A stretch of 64,000 nt of DNA from Octopus vulgaris (taxonomy: Eukaryota), in NCBI GenBank assembly GCA_951406725.2, contig OX597834.1, positions 10,726,001 to 10,790,000 of the forward strand, read 5' to 3'. Under the pieces are notes generated by a model. The model did not search any database. It saw only the letters and a program-made list of their open reading frames with translations, and was not told the DNA's origin. The position numbers were made by a program, and so were the translations under genes. Below, piece by piece: positions 24,074 through 36,700 of this stretch; within the stretch, counting starts at the first letter, position 1; each line of letters begins with the position of its first letter.

Positions 24074-24475
24074 GAACTGGCAGAAACGTTAGCACGCCGA
24101 GCGAAATGTTTAACAGTATTTCGTCTGCAGTTACGTTCTGAGTTCAAGTTCCGCTGAAGTCGACTTTGCCTTTCATCCTTTCGGGGTCGATAAATTAAGT
24201 ACCAGTTACACACTGGGGTCGATATAATCGACTTAATCCGTTTGTCTTTCCTTGTTTGTCCTCTCTCTCTCTTTAGCCCCTTGTGGGCAACAAAGAAATA
24301 AGAATCGTTAGGCGCAGGAGTGGCTGTGTGGTAAGTAGCTTGCTTACAAACCACATGGTTGCGGGTTCAGTCCCACTGCGTGGCATCTTGGGCAAGTGTC
24401 TTCTGCTATAGCCCCGGGCCGACTAATGCCTTGTGAGTGGATTTGGTAGACGGAAACTGAAAGAAGCCTGTCGTA

Positions 24476-24537
<62 letters not shown>

Positions 24538-24945
24538 ATTGTGTGTCTGTGTTTGTCCCCCTAGCATTGCTTGACAACCGATGCTAGTGTGTTTACGTCC
24601 CCGTCACTTAGCGGTTCGGCAAAAGAGACCGATTGAATAAGTACTGGGCTTACAATGAATAAGTCCCGGGGTCGATTTGCTCGATTAAAGGCGGTGCTCC
24701 AGCATGGCCGCAGTCAAATGACTGAAACAAGTAAAAGAGTAAAAGAGAGTTAGCATACCGGAGAAAATGCTTAGCGGCATCTCGCCTCTTCTTATGTTCT
24801 GAGTTTAAATTCCGCCGTGGTCGCATTTGATTTTCATCCTTTCGATATCAACAAAATAAGTACCAGTTGAGCACTGTTGACGATGCAATGGACTTCTCCA
24901 CCCCCACCAGAAATTGTTGGTCTTTTTTCCAAAATTTGAAACCGT
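24074..24945 (+). mobile_element. Nested SINE cluster: young A (24074-24300) and full B (24311-24748) inside an older A copy (resumes 24749-24945)
   Basis: The old A head agaatcgtta|gcataccggag is split by the B copy, and a younger A lies upstream. Confidence 0.8.
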
Positions 24946-24964
24946 TATTATTATCATCATTGTT

Positions 24965-25522
24965 AAGTTGGTCATCTCGCAGAATCGTTAGCTCACCGGA
25001 CAAAATACTTTACGCTATTTCGTCTGCATAAGGCGGCGAGCTGGCAGAAACTTAATGGTATTTCGTCTGCCGCTACTTTCTGAGTTCAAATTCCGTCGAG
25101 GTCTACTTTGCCTTTCATCCTTTCAGGGTCGATAAATTAAGCACCACTTACGCACTGGGATCGATATAGTCGACTTAATCCGTTTGTCTGTCCTTGTTTG
25201 TCCCCTCTGTTTAGCCCCTTGTGGGCAATAAAGAAATAGGTATTTCGCCCGTGGCTACGGTCTGAGTTAAAATTCCACCGAGGTCTACTTTGCCTTTCAT
25301 CCTTTCGGGATCGATAAATTAAGCATCAGTCAATTACGCACTGGGATCGATGTAGATCGACTTAATCCGTTTGTCTGTCCTTGTTTGTCCCCTCTATGTT
25401 TAGCCCCTTGTGGGCAATAAAGAAATAGGTATTTCGCCCTTCACCTCCAAAAATTCCACCGAGGTCGACTTTCGTGATCAAAAAATTAAGTATCAGTCAA
25501 TTACTGGGGTCGATGTGATCGA
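24965..25522 (+). mobile_element. Nested/tandem SINE family A cluster
   Basis: The old head ends at gctatttcgtctgcat, a new head starts aaggcggcgagc at ~25030, and two further units start at ggtatttcgccc. Confidence 0.85.
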
Positions 25523-26172
25523 AATGATCATAGAAATGATCATCATTCGTACTATTGTGAATTACTGTGAATTAATGCATTTCTATTCATTTGTCTTTTG
25601 ATGTACATGTATCGATGAGATTAGAATTTTCCCATCAATTTTTACATTCTTATACATTCATTTCAACATAATTTCTTAGTATGAAGTATCATCATGGGGC
25701 GATGATACTAATCTCATCACCCGTAATATCATATACTTTGGCAATGATTTTTCTCTCATAAGACTTTTCAGGTTCTGGAAAAATGTGAAAACAGAAACAC
25801 AAATTGAAGAAGTAGCAAACAAAAAATAATTACTATTGAATTAAGGGACGTTAATCACAAGAACGCTTTTGGAAAATAGAGATAATAATTGAAAATTCTA
25901 GAATATAATTGCAGTTTCGCTATTTTGTGCAGTATAAGCGATATATAAATTGTAACCCACACTACAGAAAAATACGATAGAAGATGGGAGAAGTATATCA
26001 CAAAAGAGTCTGCCCCCTTGCCATGTATTTTTAAAGAAGGAACAAAAAACAGATAGTTGTGTATCGATGAATCTATTGAAATCAGGTAGAGAATTTGAAA
26101 ATGGTTTCAAACGTGCAATTAAATGAAGCTCTGAGAGCCGTGTGAAATAATATATGGTTTATTATCAACGAG

Positions 26173-26465
26173 GTGGAGGTGCAATGGCCCAGTGGTCAGG
26201 ACAGCAGACTCGCGGCCGGAGGACCGCGGTTTCGATTCTCAGACCGGGCGTTGTGTGTGTTTATTGAGTGAAAACAACAAAAAGCTCCACGAGTCTCCGG
26301 CAGGGGGTGGTGGCGACCCCTGTTGTACTCTTTTGTCCCAACTTTCTCTCACTCTTTCTTCCTGTTTCTTGAATACCGCTGCAATGGACTGGCATCCACA
26401 GACACCATAGAAACCAGGAAACCGGGCCCATGAGCCTTACTAGGCTTGAAAATGGTGCATAAATA
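26173..26465 (+). mobile_element. SINE family C (tail related to variant 1)
   Basis: Head gtggaggtgcaatggcccagtggtcaggacagcagactcgcgg; tail gaaaccaggaaaccgggcccatgagcc; TSD-like attatcaa(c/g)gag. Confidence 0.85.
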
Positions 26466-26746
26466 AATAAATTATCAAGGAGAGCAACGATATGAGACTG
26501 AGATTTGTTTGGCGCTTCTCATGCCCGCCCTTCGATGTTGAGAGTAAGAGACATCGTTTGCGACCCTCCTCAATTTTGCAGCTTGCATTACTTGCTAAGT
26601 TCATACGGAAACGTATGTAATCGCTCAGAGTTTTGATGGTCAGTAACGACCACGATAACCACGGAATATGTCCGAGTTTACAACATCCCGAATGAAGAGA
26701 ATTAGACGGTAAATGTCAAGTTTAAAGATAGAACATAGCTGTTTTA

Positions 26747-27033
26747 TTTCGTTTTTGGATTTGGTTTGCAAGATTCTTTATGTGAGTTCGTGTGTTGAAG
26801 CATATTCTGTTGTGTCTGGGGAGCGTCATTTGTTTTTTGTGCCTTATAATATAACACACTCACCTGTAAAATTTCCACTTATTTATTTTTTTATAGTCAA
26901 AACTATTGAAAAGGTTGCAAGACGCAACGAAAATTTAAGGACAATAAAAAAAATAAATCAGTGGAAATTTTACCGGTGAGTGTGTTAAATAATAAGGCAC
27001 TAAAAGAGAATGACTCTCTCCAGACACAACAGA
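26747..27033. mobile_element. Fold-back element (arms ~26803-26894 and ~26944-27036) with a hammerhead-like motif in the loop; probable Penelope pseudo-LTR inversion
   Basis: ~90-bp inverted arms; loop ttgaaaa-ggttgc-aagac-gcaac-GAAA; 12-bp direct repeat atagctgtttta at 26735 and 27034. Confidence 0.7.
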
Positions 27034-27374
27034 ATAGCTGTTTTAAAATAAGGACCTCTGGAAATTTTTGCTTTTGATATATGTATTGCAAGAAACAGAT
27101 AGGATTCTTTCTCCAACATCGTTTATTTTACGTAGATTTTTGACGCCACCACCATCAACACTTTTGATTTCGCCGGCTTTCCCATCATCACCACACCGCT
27201 GTCTTTAACATGTGATCGTTACGAGTTGTAGCAGAGGCAACACTAATGACCTATTAAACAATTTGCTTTTAGTAGAGCAATACCGGTTACAATATCAGTT
27301 AATGTTTCTAGATGTTGACAATGAAGGGTTCTCTCGCGCAGCAACAACCAACAGTATTTATAGCATACACATAC

Positions 27375-27540
27375 AGGCACGCAGGAGTGGCTGTGTGGTA
27401 AGTAGCTTCCTTACCAGCCACATGGTTCCCGGTTCAGTCCCACTGCGTGGCATCATGGGCAGGTGTCTTCTGCTATAGTCTCGGGCCGACCAAAGCCTTG
27501 TGAGTCGATTTGGTAGATGGAAACTGAAAGAAGCCCGTCG

Positions 27541-27583
<43 letters not shown>

Positions 27584-27801
27584 CTGTGTTTTTTCCTCCA
27601 ACACCTCTTCACAACCGATACTGGTGTGTTTACGCCTCCCCGCGTAAATTAGCAGTTCGGCAAAAGATACCTATAGAATATGTACTAGGCTTACAAAAAA
27701 TAAATCCTGGGGTCGATTTGGTCGACGAAAAGCGGTGCTCCAGCATGGTCGCAGTCAAATGACTGAAACAATTGAAACAGTAAAAGAGTAAAAGAGTAAA
27801 G
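27375..27801 (+). mobile_element. SINE family B
   Basis: Head, CORE-like block, internal (TA)(TG) repeat and (GTAAAAGA)n tail. Confidence 0.92.
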
Positions 27802-28457
27802 AGCATACATACGCGTGCACAGACACGCGCACATATGCATAACTCAACACCAAAGCTTTTAGTAGCCAACGTTGTTATATTCCTGCTACATTTAATTTTG
27901 ACTACATGGCGTCGTAGAAAACACGATTCTTATTCCATTTTAAGAACACACTTTTCCAATTTTCACCTGCAATAGAAATTTTCATTCGTCATAATTCTAG
28001 ATTTAATCATATGAACAATATGTTGAAGTCTGTAATATTTGTTTATTGCATTCAACATTCTTTCTCAAATCTGATTGCAAATGTGTTCTGGCGTTAAGAA
28101 AAAAAGTTATGTTATTACGTCCTGACAATATATTTAATCCTACGAATCTTAACTAAAACTTTACCAGATTCTAAAAATGGGCATCGATAAAAATGATAAA
28201 AATTTCTCTTTATAAATCAATAATGTAGTTACAATGTCTGATCTCGGCTTATCTGAAAGGATTATAGTGGAATATATTCCTTCGAAAATTACAATGATTT
28301 AGTTTTCGATAAGATCTGGTTATATAAAACAGACATATGTAGAAGCAGACAGAAAGAGACGCTTTCTGATAGAAGTAGAGAAATGAAAATATACACAGAC
28401 AATACATGAGTTGGGTAGGATATATAACGATAAGAAATTTTAATATACATGTATGTA

Positions 28458-28646
<189 letters not shown>

Positions 28647-29805
28647 TATTGCAAGACATAAGTGTGTTGTGCATGAAATCATCCGTTACGTGTCGTATGT
28701 GATGCGGAGCGATCCATTTATGTCGGCTGCGACAAGAGAGACTCGTTCAACCCATGCAAAGCGCGTGCTAAACTAGTTAAAACCCCTAATAACAGAATTA
28801 CCTTTTTCTTTTTCTTTGGTTTTCTCCGATGAGAAAAACGCAGGAGTGTACGCAACGGGTGGGAAACTGCGCTGTGTCACAAAGCTAGAACAACCAATGC
28901 GTGAATGTGTTCCTATCTCCAGGATCACGTTTTCCAGGCACATGCCTCCCGCCCTAGCTCACGATACCTCAACCCACTGTATTATTATATATGGTTCGTA
29001 ATAGAGAGTGAGGCAAGTCGGTGAATATCTTCATAATACTATACAATTTCTGAAGTAGGCCATAACCACCACTATGTTAAAATTGATAACCAGCACTATA
29101 TTAAAATTGATAAAGATCATCTGACTCGGTCTGATCCCTTACTGAAGCAACCATTGGTGCTAAAAACGGAGTCATTAGATAAGTATGATAAAACAATTCT
29201 TTGGATTATTTGTAAGAATTTTTCAACTTTCACTTTCGTTTTATGAGCTATGCGGCTTTTTCTTAATTCATACAAAGGAACTCAAAAACCCGATGCACTA
29301 TGTATATACTACTGACATCTTCAGTGATTAGAAATTAATGATTGCAATTCCCATTCACATATTCACAGCAACTATTTGCTATTGAATATATAGCACAAAT
29401 GTTTAGTATATACTAACACATATACATATATTTATGCGAGTATAAGTGTAATTCGATGGTGTATTTCTAAATGTCTCACATTTAGACGATCTTAAAATTG
29501 ATATGCCACATGTATTCCATGGAGAGGAACATGTTATATGTCATGGTTTATTTATTGATGATTGTTATTTTCTGTTCCCCTATTTCTGTTTTTTTTTTCT
29601 CTCCATGTAGTGGCATTCCTAATCAGAAACACTTGGTAAATATGAATTGTTACATGCAACAGTTGAAGTTTTAAGCAATATCGAAACTTCCCCTATTCAG
29701 TGTAGCTCTTAATCTTACCTACCCCTAAATAATTTGTTTGTTTGTTTGGCGAGTATAAGTTGTAGGGAGCATGCATTTTTTTCATAACAATCATATAATG
29801 ATTGT

Positions 29806-29850
29806 TGTGCGCTGACGACGTGTAAATACCCAGAAACTCGAGTCCGTGCG
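29806..29850 (+). ncRNA. Minimal type-I hammerhead ribozyme-like motif (Penelope-type) with a partly decayed stem II
   Basis: gtgcg-CTGACGA-cgtgtaaataccca-GAAAC-tcga-GTC-cgtgc: intact core, palindromic stem III and GUC triplet. Stem I is 5 bp with wobbles; stem II is imperfect. Confidence 0.55.
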
Positions 29851-31003
29851 TATCACGTCAGGTCGACGATGGGAAGGATGGCTTCCCTTTACAAATACTG
29901 ATAGGGCGCAGAAAGTGTGTCAATAGCCAGCAAGAGAAGATGTTCTCCTGGGGCTACAATCTACAGTAGCATCCAACCACATGTGGTTAGCCACATTTAA
30001 GTGGCAAATATACTTCACATTGTCGTACAGCTACTGTTTGTACATCGTTTAGAGAATCATGTAATGCAACTTTGGTTTCTTCTCTAGATTCTGCATATTA
30101 TAAAAAATTTCACAGATGATTGCATCATCAACAAAACCGGTTATACTTGGTTTGCCTTCGTCTTACGAAATCCATTGAATATGTCAGACCCCATTCTTTC
30201 ACTCTACAGAGAAACGTCAATCGCTTTGCCAAATAGCTTTCTTTTCCATATAGCAACCGAACAGATATTTGTGTTTGATTTTATCAATGACTATTTCAAC
30301 TAGTTTTATAAATACTTCGGTAGAAAAGTTATTAATGCATTTTTCATTCGAAAAATAAATAGAAATAAAGGAAGAAAATTCACAAAGCAAAAAAAAAAAA
30401 CAGAACCAAAAGAATATTTCCTATAATCCTTTTGATCATTAACAATTTTGAAATAAATGAAGCTACGGGGAAAAAAATACCAACGTGGTAGTATTTTTGC
30501 CGATGCAGAAAATCCACATAGTTGAAAGAAAATCGTGCAGGAAGCATTAAATTCATAACTGATGAATATCAATATTGTGAGATACCGGATTATATTTCGT
30601 CTTTTTAAGATGTTCTCTTTTCTTCAATTAAAAAAAAAATGTGTTATGCTTTTATACTAATATTTTGTGATTCTAGTTTAAACACTAAACAGCAGCATCA
30701 ATATTATTTCATATATATTTTCAAAACATGTTATATATAAAAATCTTTTTGTTTTTTAATATATAACTTTTTATTGTCAGTGAAATGAGATTATTTGCTT
30801 TTCGAATGCAAATAAAAAAAAATACTTGAAACAGCGTTTAGCGTTGTAATTTACTCTACGTATAAAAATATATCACGATGAATTTACGACGATATATTTA
30901 AAATATGCATGAATATGCCGCTACTCTATTGATCTTTTGACGATATTATCTTCCAATAAAATTACTATCTGCTGTAAATTCACGAGGGAAATGCACGGTT
31001 ATG

Positions 31004-32118
31004 AAATTACTCATGACGAATTTCATGCGACAAATTAATCAAAGACATTGAGATGCATCACACTTCGAAAGATGTGTGTTGAGTGTGACCTTGTCATCTT
31101 TCTCAACATGTATGAGTCGATATCTCATCAGGCAGTGAAGCAACTTTGTAGGCGCTTAGGCCGCTTCCTCTGCGACGACAAAGAAACCCAGGGTCGCCCA
31201 CCGATGTGACAAATCACCCAAGCAAAATAACTCATGACGAATTTCATGCGACAAATTAATCAAAGACATTGAGATGCATCACACTTCGAAAGATGTGTGT
31301 TGAGTGTGACCTTGTCATCTTTCTCAACATGTATGAGTCGATATCTCATCAGGCAGTGAAGCAACTTTGTAGGCGCTTAGGCCCCCTTCCTCTGCGACGA
31401 CAAAGAAACCCAGGGTCGCCCACCGATGTGACAAATCACCCAAGCAAAATAACTCATGACGAATTTCATTCGACAAATTAATCAAAGACATTGAGATGCA
31501 TCACACTTCGAAAGATGTGTGTTGAGTGTGACCTTGTCATCTTTCTCAACATGTATGAGTCGATATCTCATCAGGCAGTGAAGCAACTTTGTAGGCGCTT
31601 AGGCCCCCTTCCTCTGCGACGACAAAGAAACCCAGGGTCGCCCACCGATGTGACAAATCACCCAAGCAAAATAACTCATGACGAATTTCATTCGACAAAT
31701 TAATCAAAGACATTGAGATGCATCACACTTCGAAAGATGTGTGTTGAGGGTGATCTTGTCATCTTTCTCAACATGTATGAGTCGATATCTCATCAGGCAG
31801 TGAAGCAACTTTGTAGGTGCTTAGGCCGCTTCCTCTGCGACGACAAAGAAACCCAGGGTCGCCCACCGATGTGACAAATCACCCAAGCAAAATAACTCAT
31901 GACGAATTTCATTCGACAAATTAATCAAAGACATTGAGATGCATCACACTTCGAAAGATGTGTGTTGAGGGTGACCTTGTCATCTTTCTCAACATGTATG
32001 AGTCGATATCTCATCAGGCAGTGAAGCAACTTTGTAGGCGCTTAGGCCCCCTTCCTCTGCGACGACAAAGAAACCCAGGGTCACCCACCGATGTAAGTGA
32101 CAAATCACCCAAGCAAAA
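31004..32118. repeat. Tandem array of five near-identical 221-222-bp units
   Basis: ctcatgacgaatttcat recurs at ~31010, 31231, 31453, 31675 and 31896. Confidence 0.97.
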
Positions 32119-32598
32119 GAACCAATTTCGTGGTGCCAGATACTGCAACATTGTACCAGATAATCGTCCCATGTTCAGTGCTTGTTCTTTCCGAATCTGC
32201 CATCATCCCTTTTGAGCTCGATGTAATGTCTTGCTTTCTCTACCGCTTTCGACAACCTTCTATCAAACTTTCTTCCGTCCTTTACAGCTAATTAAAAACT
32301 CCAGAGCATCGAGTCAAACCTGGTTCCAAAATATCCTCTAACACCTATTTCTACAAGAAATCCTATTAAACCCATGCAATGTTTTCACAGAGTTCAACCA
32401 TTGACTTGTATTTTCTTTCATTTGAGAGAAAAGCAGCTGCGATGTTTACTTCTCAGGGAACTGTTTTCTCTACCACCTTTACGACGTTCCTTTCTTTCTC
32501 CGTTATGACACGATCAGGTCGTTTTAGATACTTCAATTTCATATAAATATTTACATATCTTCCACCTGTAGACTTCACATGTGCAGTATAATTTATAC

Positions 32599-32770
32599 CA
32601 GTGGTTTTCAACCGGGGTCTATATGGCCCCTGAGAATCCATAAGATTTGGAGAGGGGGAACGTAACAGAATAATAAATTGGGGATCAACAATGTTTTAAG
32701 GACCTCTGGAATTTTTTTGCTTTTGATGTATTTATTGCAAGAAGCGGATAGGATTCTTTCTCCAACACCA
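32599..32770 (+). mobile_element. Partial hAT-like MITE (one TIR); its internal part is also found at ~27050-27120
   Basis: cagtggttttcaaccgggg matches the TIR of the 36403 element; aaggacctctggaa...ggattctttctccaaca is shared with 27050-27118. Confidence 0.55.
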
Positions 32771-32896
32771 CACCACTGTCTTTCACATCCCTTACTATTA
32801 ACTTCATGCTTGACCGCCTCAGGTATCACCACCATTACCACCATCATCATCACCTTCGCCTCCGCCTCTATCACAACTACAGCTCATAATATTATT

Positions 32897-33108
32897 TATT
32901 TCTTTATTGCCCACATGGGACTAAACACAGAAGGAACAAACAAGGACAGACAAAGGGGTGAAGTCGATTACATTGACCCCAGTGCATCACTGGTACTTAA
33001 TTTATCGGCCCCTAAAGCATGAAAGGCAAAGTCGAAATCAGAACGCAGCGGCGGTCGAAATACCACAAAGCATTTCACCCGGCTTGGTAACGTTTCTGCC
33101 AGCTCGAC
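32897..33108 (-). mobile_element. SINE family A (diverged)
   Basis: Reverse complement of the family A body and head. Confidence 0.85.
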
Positions 33109-33474
33109 TATTACTATCACCTCATTGCCATCTCCACAGTTAATCTACTACCACCCTCACCGTCCCTATGGAGGAGGGCAAGCGTGACACACTGATACAC
33201 GGAAATTCGTTTTGGCATTTATTATTTTAGATGATAATGGGATCATGATCGTGATGAAGACAAAGTGTATGAGGATGATGAAGATAAACTGTACATGGTG
33301 GCTAATATGATGGTGATGAGAAGGGAGTAAGAAGGGGAAGGATAGACAAGAGATGGTGGTGTTAAGGCTGGTGGTCTTTTGTTGTTGTTGGTGGTGGTGA
33401 TGGTGGTGGTAGTGGTGAGTGTGTAAATATGGCGGTTGTGCTGATGGTGTAATAATGACAATGTTTCTGGAGTA

Positions 33475-33482
33475 ATAATGGC

Positions 33483-33516
<34 letters not shown>

Positions 33517-33523
33517 GTGATTG

Positions 33524-33591
<68 letters not shown>

Positions 33592-33712
33592 GTGATGATG
33601 ATGGTGAAGGCGATGAGGATGATGATCATAATAACGACCACGATGATGTTGGTGATGATGATAATGATGATGAGGAAGTGGAGGACTAGGAGGATGTGAA
33701 TGATGACGATGA
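33475..33712. repeat. (GAT)n microsatellite
   Basis: Direct reading. Confidence 0.95.
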
Positions 33713-34028
33713 AGAGGGGTGACGACTACGCCGATTCCGACGTTGATAAGAATGATGTCGGTATTAAAAGTGGTTGAATAATAAAATTGAATTGCAAATT
33801 AAAATGAGTTTTGTGAATTTTTCATGAATTTCAAATAGATTTATAACGAATGTATATTTAAATGTATATTATAACACGGAAATGTAAATATCATTAAGCA
33901 ATATGATATGTGTAGGATAAATAATGCGAGTGAATGTCTTACGTTACCTAAAGTGTACACGAATTTATAATAGTGCTATGAACATACTTGTTTATACTCA
34001 TATGTATACGCATCCATACACACACAGA

Positions 34029-34029
<1 letters not shown>

Positions 34030-34082
<53 letters not shown>

Positions 34083-35106
34083 CATACATAAATATATATA
34101 TATATATATTTATATATACATATGTGTATATATACATGCGCATATAGATAGATAGACAAATCTATACATATGTATATTTATATAAATATAAATATATATA
34201 TATATATACACACACATATATATATATATATATGCATACATTATATATGCATATATATGTGCATATATGTATGCATATATATCTGCATATATATATGCAT
34301 ATATATATGTATATATATATATACAAAGGCCTTCATAGATATATATGTATATATGTATATATGTATACATACATATGTATATATATATGCATACATATAT
34401 GTATATATATGTATATATGTATACATACATATATATATATATGCATATATATGTATGTATATATGTATACATACATATATATATGTGCATATATATATAT
34501 GTATACATAAATACATATATATATATATGTATATATATATGTATATATATATGTATGTATGCATGTATGCATGCATGCATATATATGCCTGCAGTCCTCA
34601 TATAGTTCATATCCAATACCTCTCTCTCTCTCTTGCTCTAGCACCCTTTTTCTTTCCCTCTCTCTCTCTCTTCCTCTCCTTTTTCACCCCCCCATCTCTT
34701 TCTCTCTTTCACTCCACTCCTATGACATCTCTTCTGTGTGTTTTCGAAAAGAAAAAAAAATATATATACATTTCCAGAGATAGTTAGCTTAAATTTATGA
34801 TCTCGTATGGACCATAATGCAATGTAGGCAGACAACATATTTGAATAACCACATGAAAGAGTACAAGAATAAATATAAAAATGTGTGTGACGTCTCCATG
34901 AACATTTACCCACGCATTCACGCATCTATATGGATATATATATATATGAATATATTTATATATGTATATGCATACAATAAACGCATACATGCATTGCATA
35001 CATACTTACATACATACAAGCATATATATATATATATATATATGCCTGTAAGTATGTATTTATGTGTATATATATATATATATATATATGCTTGTATGTA
35101 TGTATT

Positions 35107-35139
<33 letters not shown>

Positions 35140-35250
35140 TATACATAAGTATGTATTTATGTGTATATATATATATGCTTGTATGTATGTATTTATGTAT
35201 GTATATTGTATGTATGTATGTATTTATGTATGTAAGTATGTATGCAATGC

Positions 35251-35290
<40 letters not shown>

Positions 35291-35359
35291 TTGTATGTAT
35301 GTATTTATGTATGTATGCTTGTATGTATGTATGTATTTATGTATGTAAGTATGTATGCA

Positions 35360-35412
<53 letters not shown>
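34030..35412. repeat. Large compound (TA)n/(TATG)n/(CATA)n low-complexity block
   Basis: Direct reading; includes an inverted pair (34985-35040 vs 35225-35360). Confidence 0.95.
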
Positions 35413-35416
<4 letters not shown>

Positions 35417-36365
35417 TATGAAAATGAGGAAATTTATTCAAATCCCAATTAATCTCCGGTAGTAACCGAAAGGAAGAAACACAGGAACAGCATAGAAATT
35501 CACAATATAGACTATATTGAGCGAACGACATTAATTTGACATTAAGCTATACGGAGAACAAAAATGAGGGAAAAAATAGCGCCATGAAACTAGAATATTA
35601 ACTGTTATTGAAAATAGATCAGAAATTTGCCACAAAATCCTTTATTTTTATGTTTCCATTAGGTTTAATATAAAACGTATTTATGGGGTGAATTTCATTG
35701 GGTAGAAGGCAAAAGTGGGCTTTAATATTCATTTAAAACACATAGATTAATATCAGGAGATGTCTTTTTTTTTCTTTCTTTCCTTCTAACTATAGTTGGA
35801 AGTATCAATAAGATTATTGAAACTGTTGGATTGAATGATATTCTATCACACGCGGGAAAATGAAATGTAATCTTTAGAATGCGATTGCTTCTATAATACA
35901 TTTCAAGCCAATTGCTTATATACCTAAGAGAAATTATTACAGAATAAGCATTTAATTTACATGAATACATCTGATGATATGTGAAAATCAATTGCTATTC
36001 GAAAGCGTGTTAATGCACAAAGAATGCATACACCTCCCCCTACACATGTATACATGGATATACGTTTCTGTATCAAATAGGAGGGAAATTACTCAGTGCA
36101 AGTATTAGAGTATAGTAAATATTTATTGATACAAATATGATTATTGTTCGTGTGTTGCAGTGATTCAGTTCGAAGTCAGACGGTTGCCATGGTGAGAAAA
36201 ATGCTATTATCGTGTCATTTCTCCCAATTGTGACGGTCATCTTTTATGCGGAACCTCACAGGAATACGAGACGGTTCATTCAGTTGTATATACGTCCATT
36301 TACACACATACGCACCAAAAACATATAATCACAAACACACACACACACAAACATATATGGATTTA

Positions 36366-36398
<33 letters not shown>

Positions 36399-36402
36399 AT
36401 AT

Positions 36403-36602
36403 CAGTGCTTTTCAAATTTTTGCTGGAGCGGAACCCCAAGGAAACATTCTACTGGCTCGAGGAACCCCTGTGCAATAATTTAATAGTCTTATGCACACAT
36501 ATCTGCACAGGAGAATTAAAAATTACTGCTGATTTTAGAAGTTTTGTAACTTCTTGCAGAACCCCTAGACTGTACTGGCGGAACCCCGGTTGAAAACCAC
36601 TG
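36403..36602. mobile_element. 200-bp hAT (Charlie-like) MITE with 8-bp TSD ATCTATAT
   Basis: TIRs cagtgcttttcaa / ttgaaaaccactg; atctatat at 36395-36402 and 36603-36610; internal ggaacccc subterminal repeats. Confidence 0.9.
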
Positions 36603-36612
36603 ATCTATATAC

Positions 36613-36700
<88 letters not shown>

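Noticed and set aside
31231-31452. Retrozyme hammerhead in the 222-bp unit (plus GAAACCCAGGGTC; minus CTGATGA...GAAA)
   Set aside because: The plus strand lacks CUGANGA and stem II, and the minus strand lacks a pairing stem III. The halves do not assemble by eye; an Infernal search would settle it.
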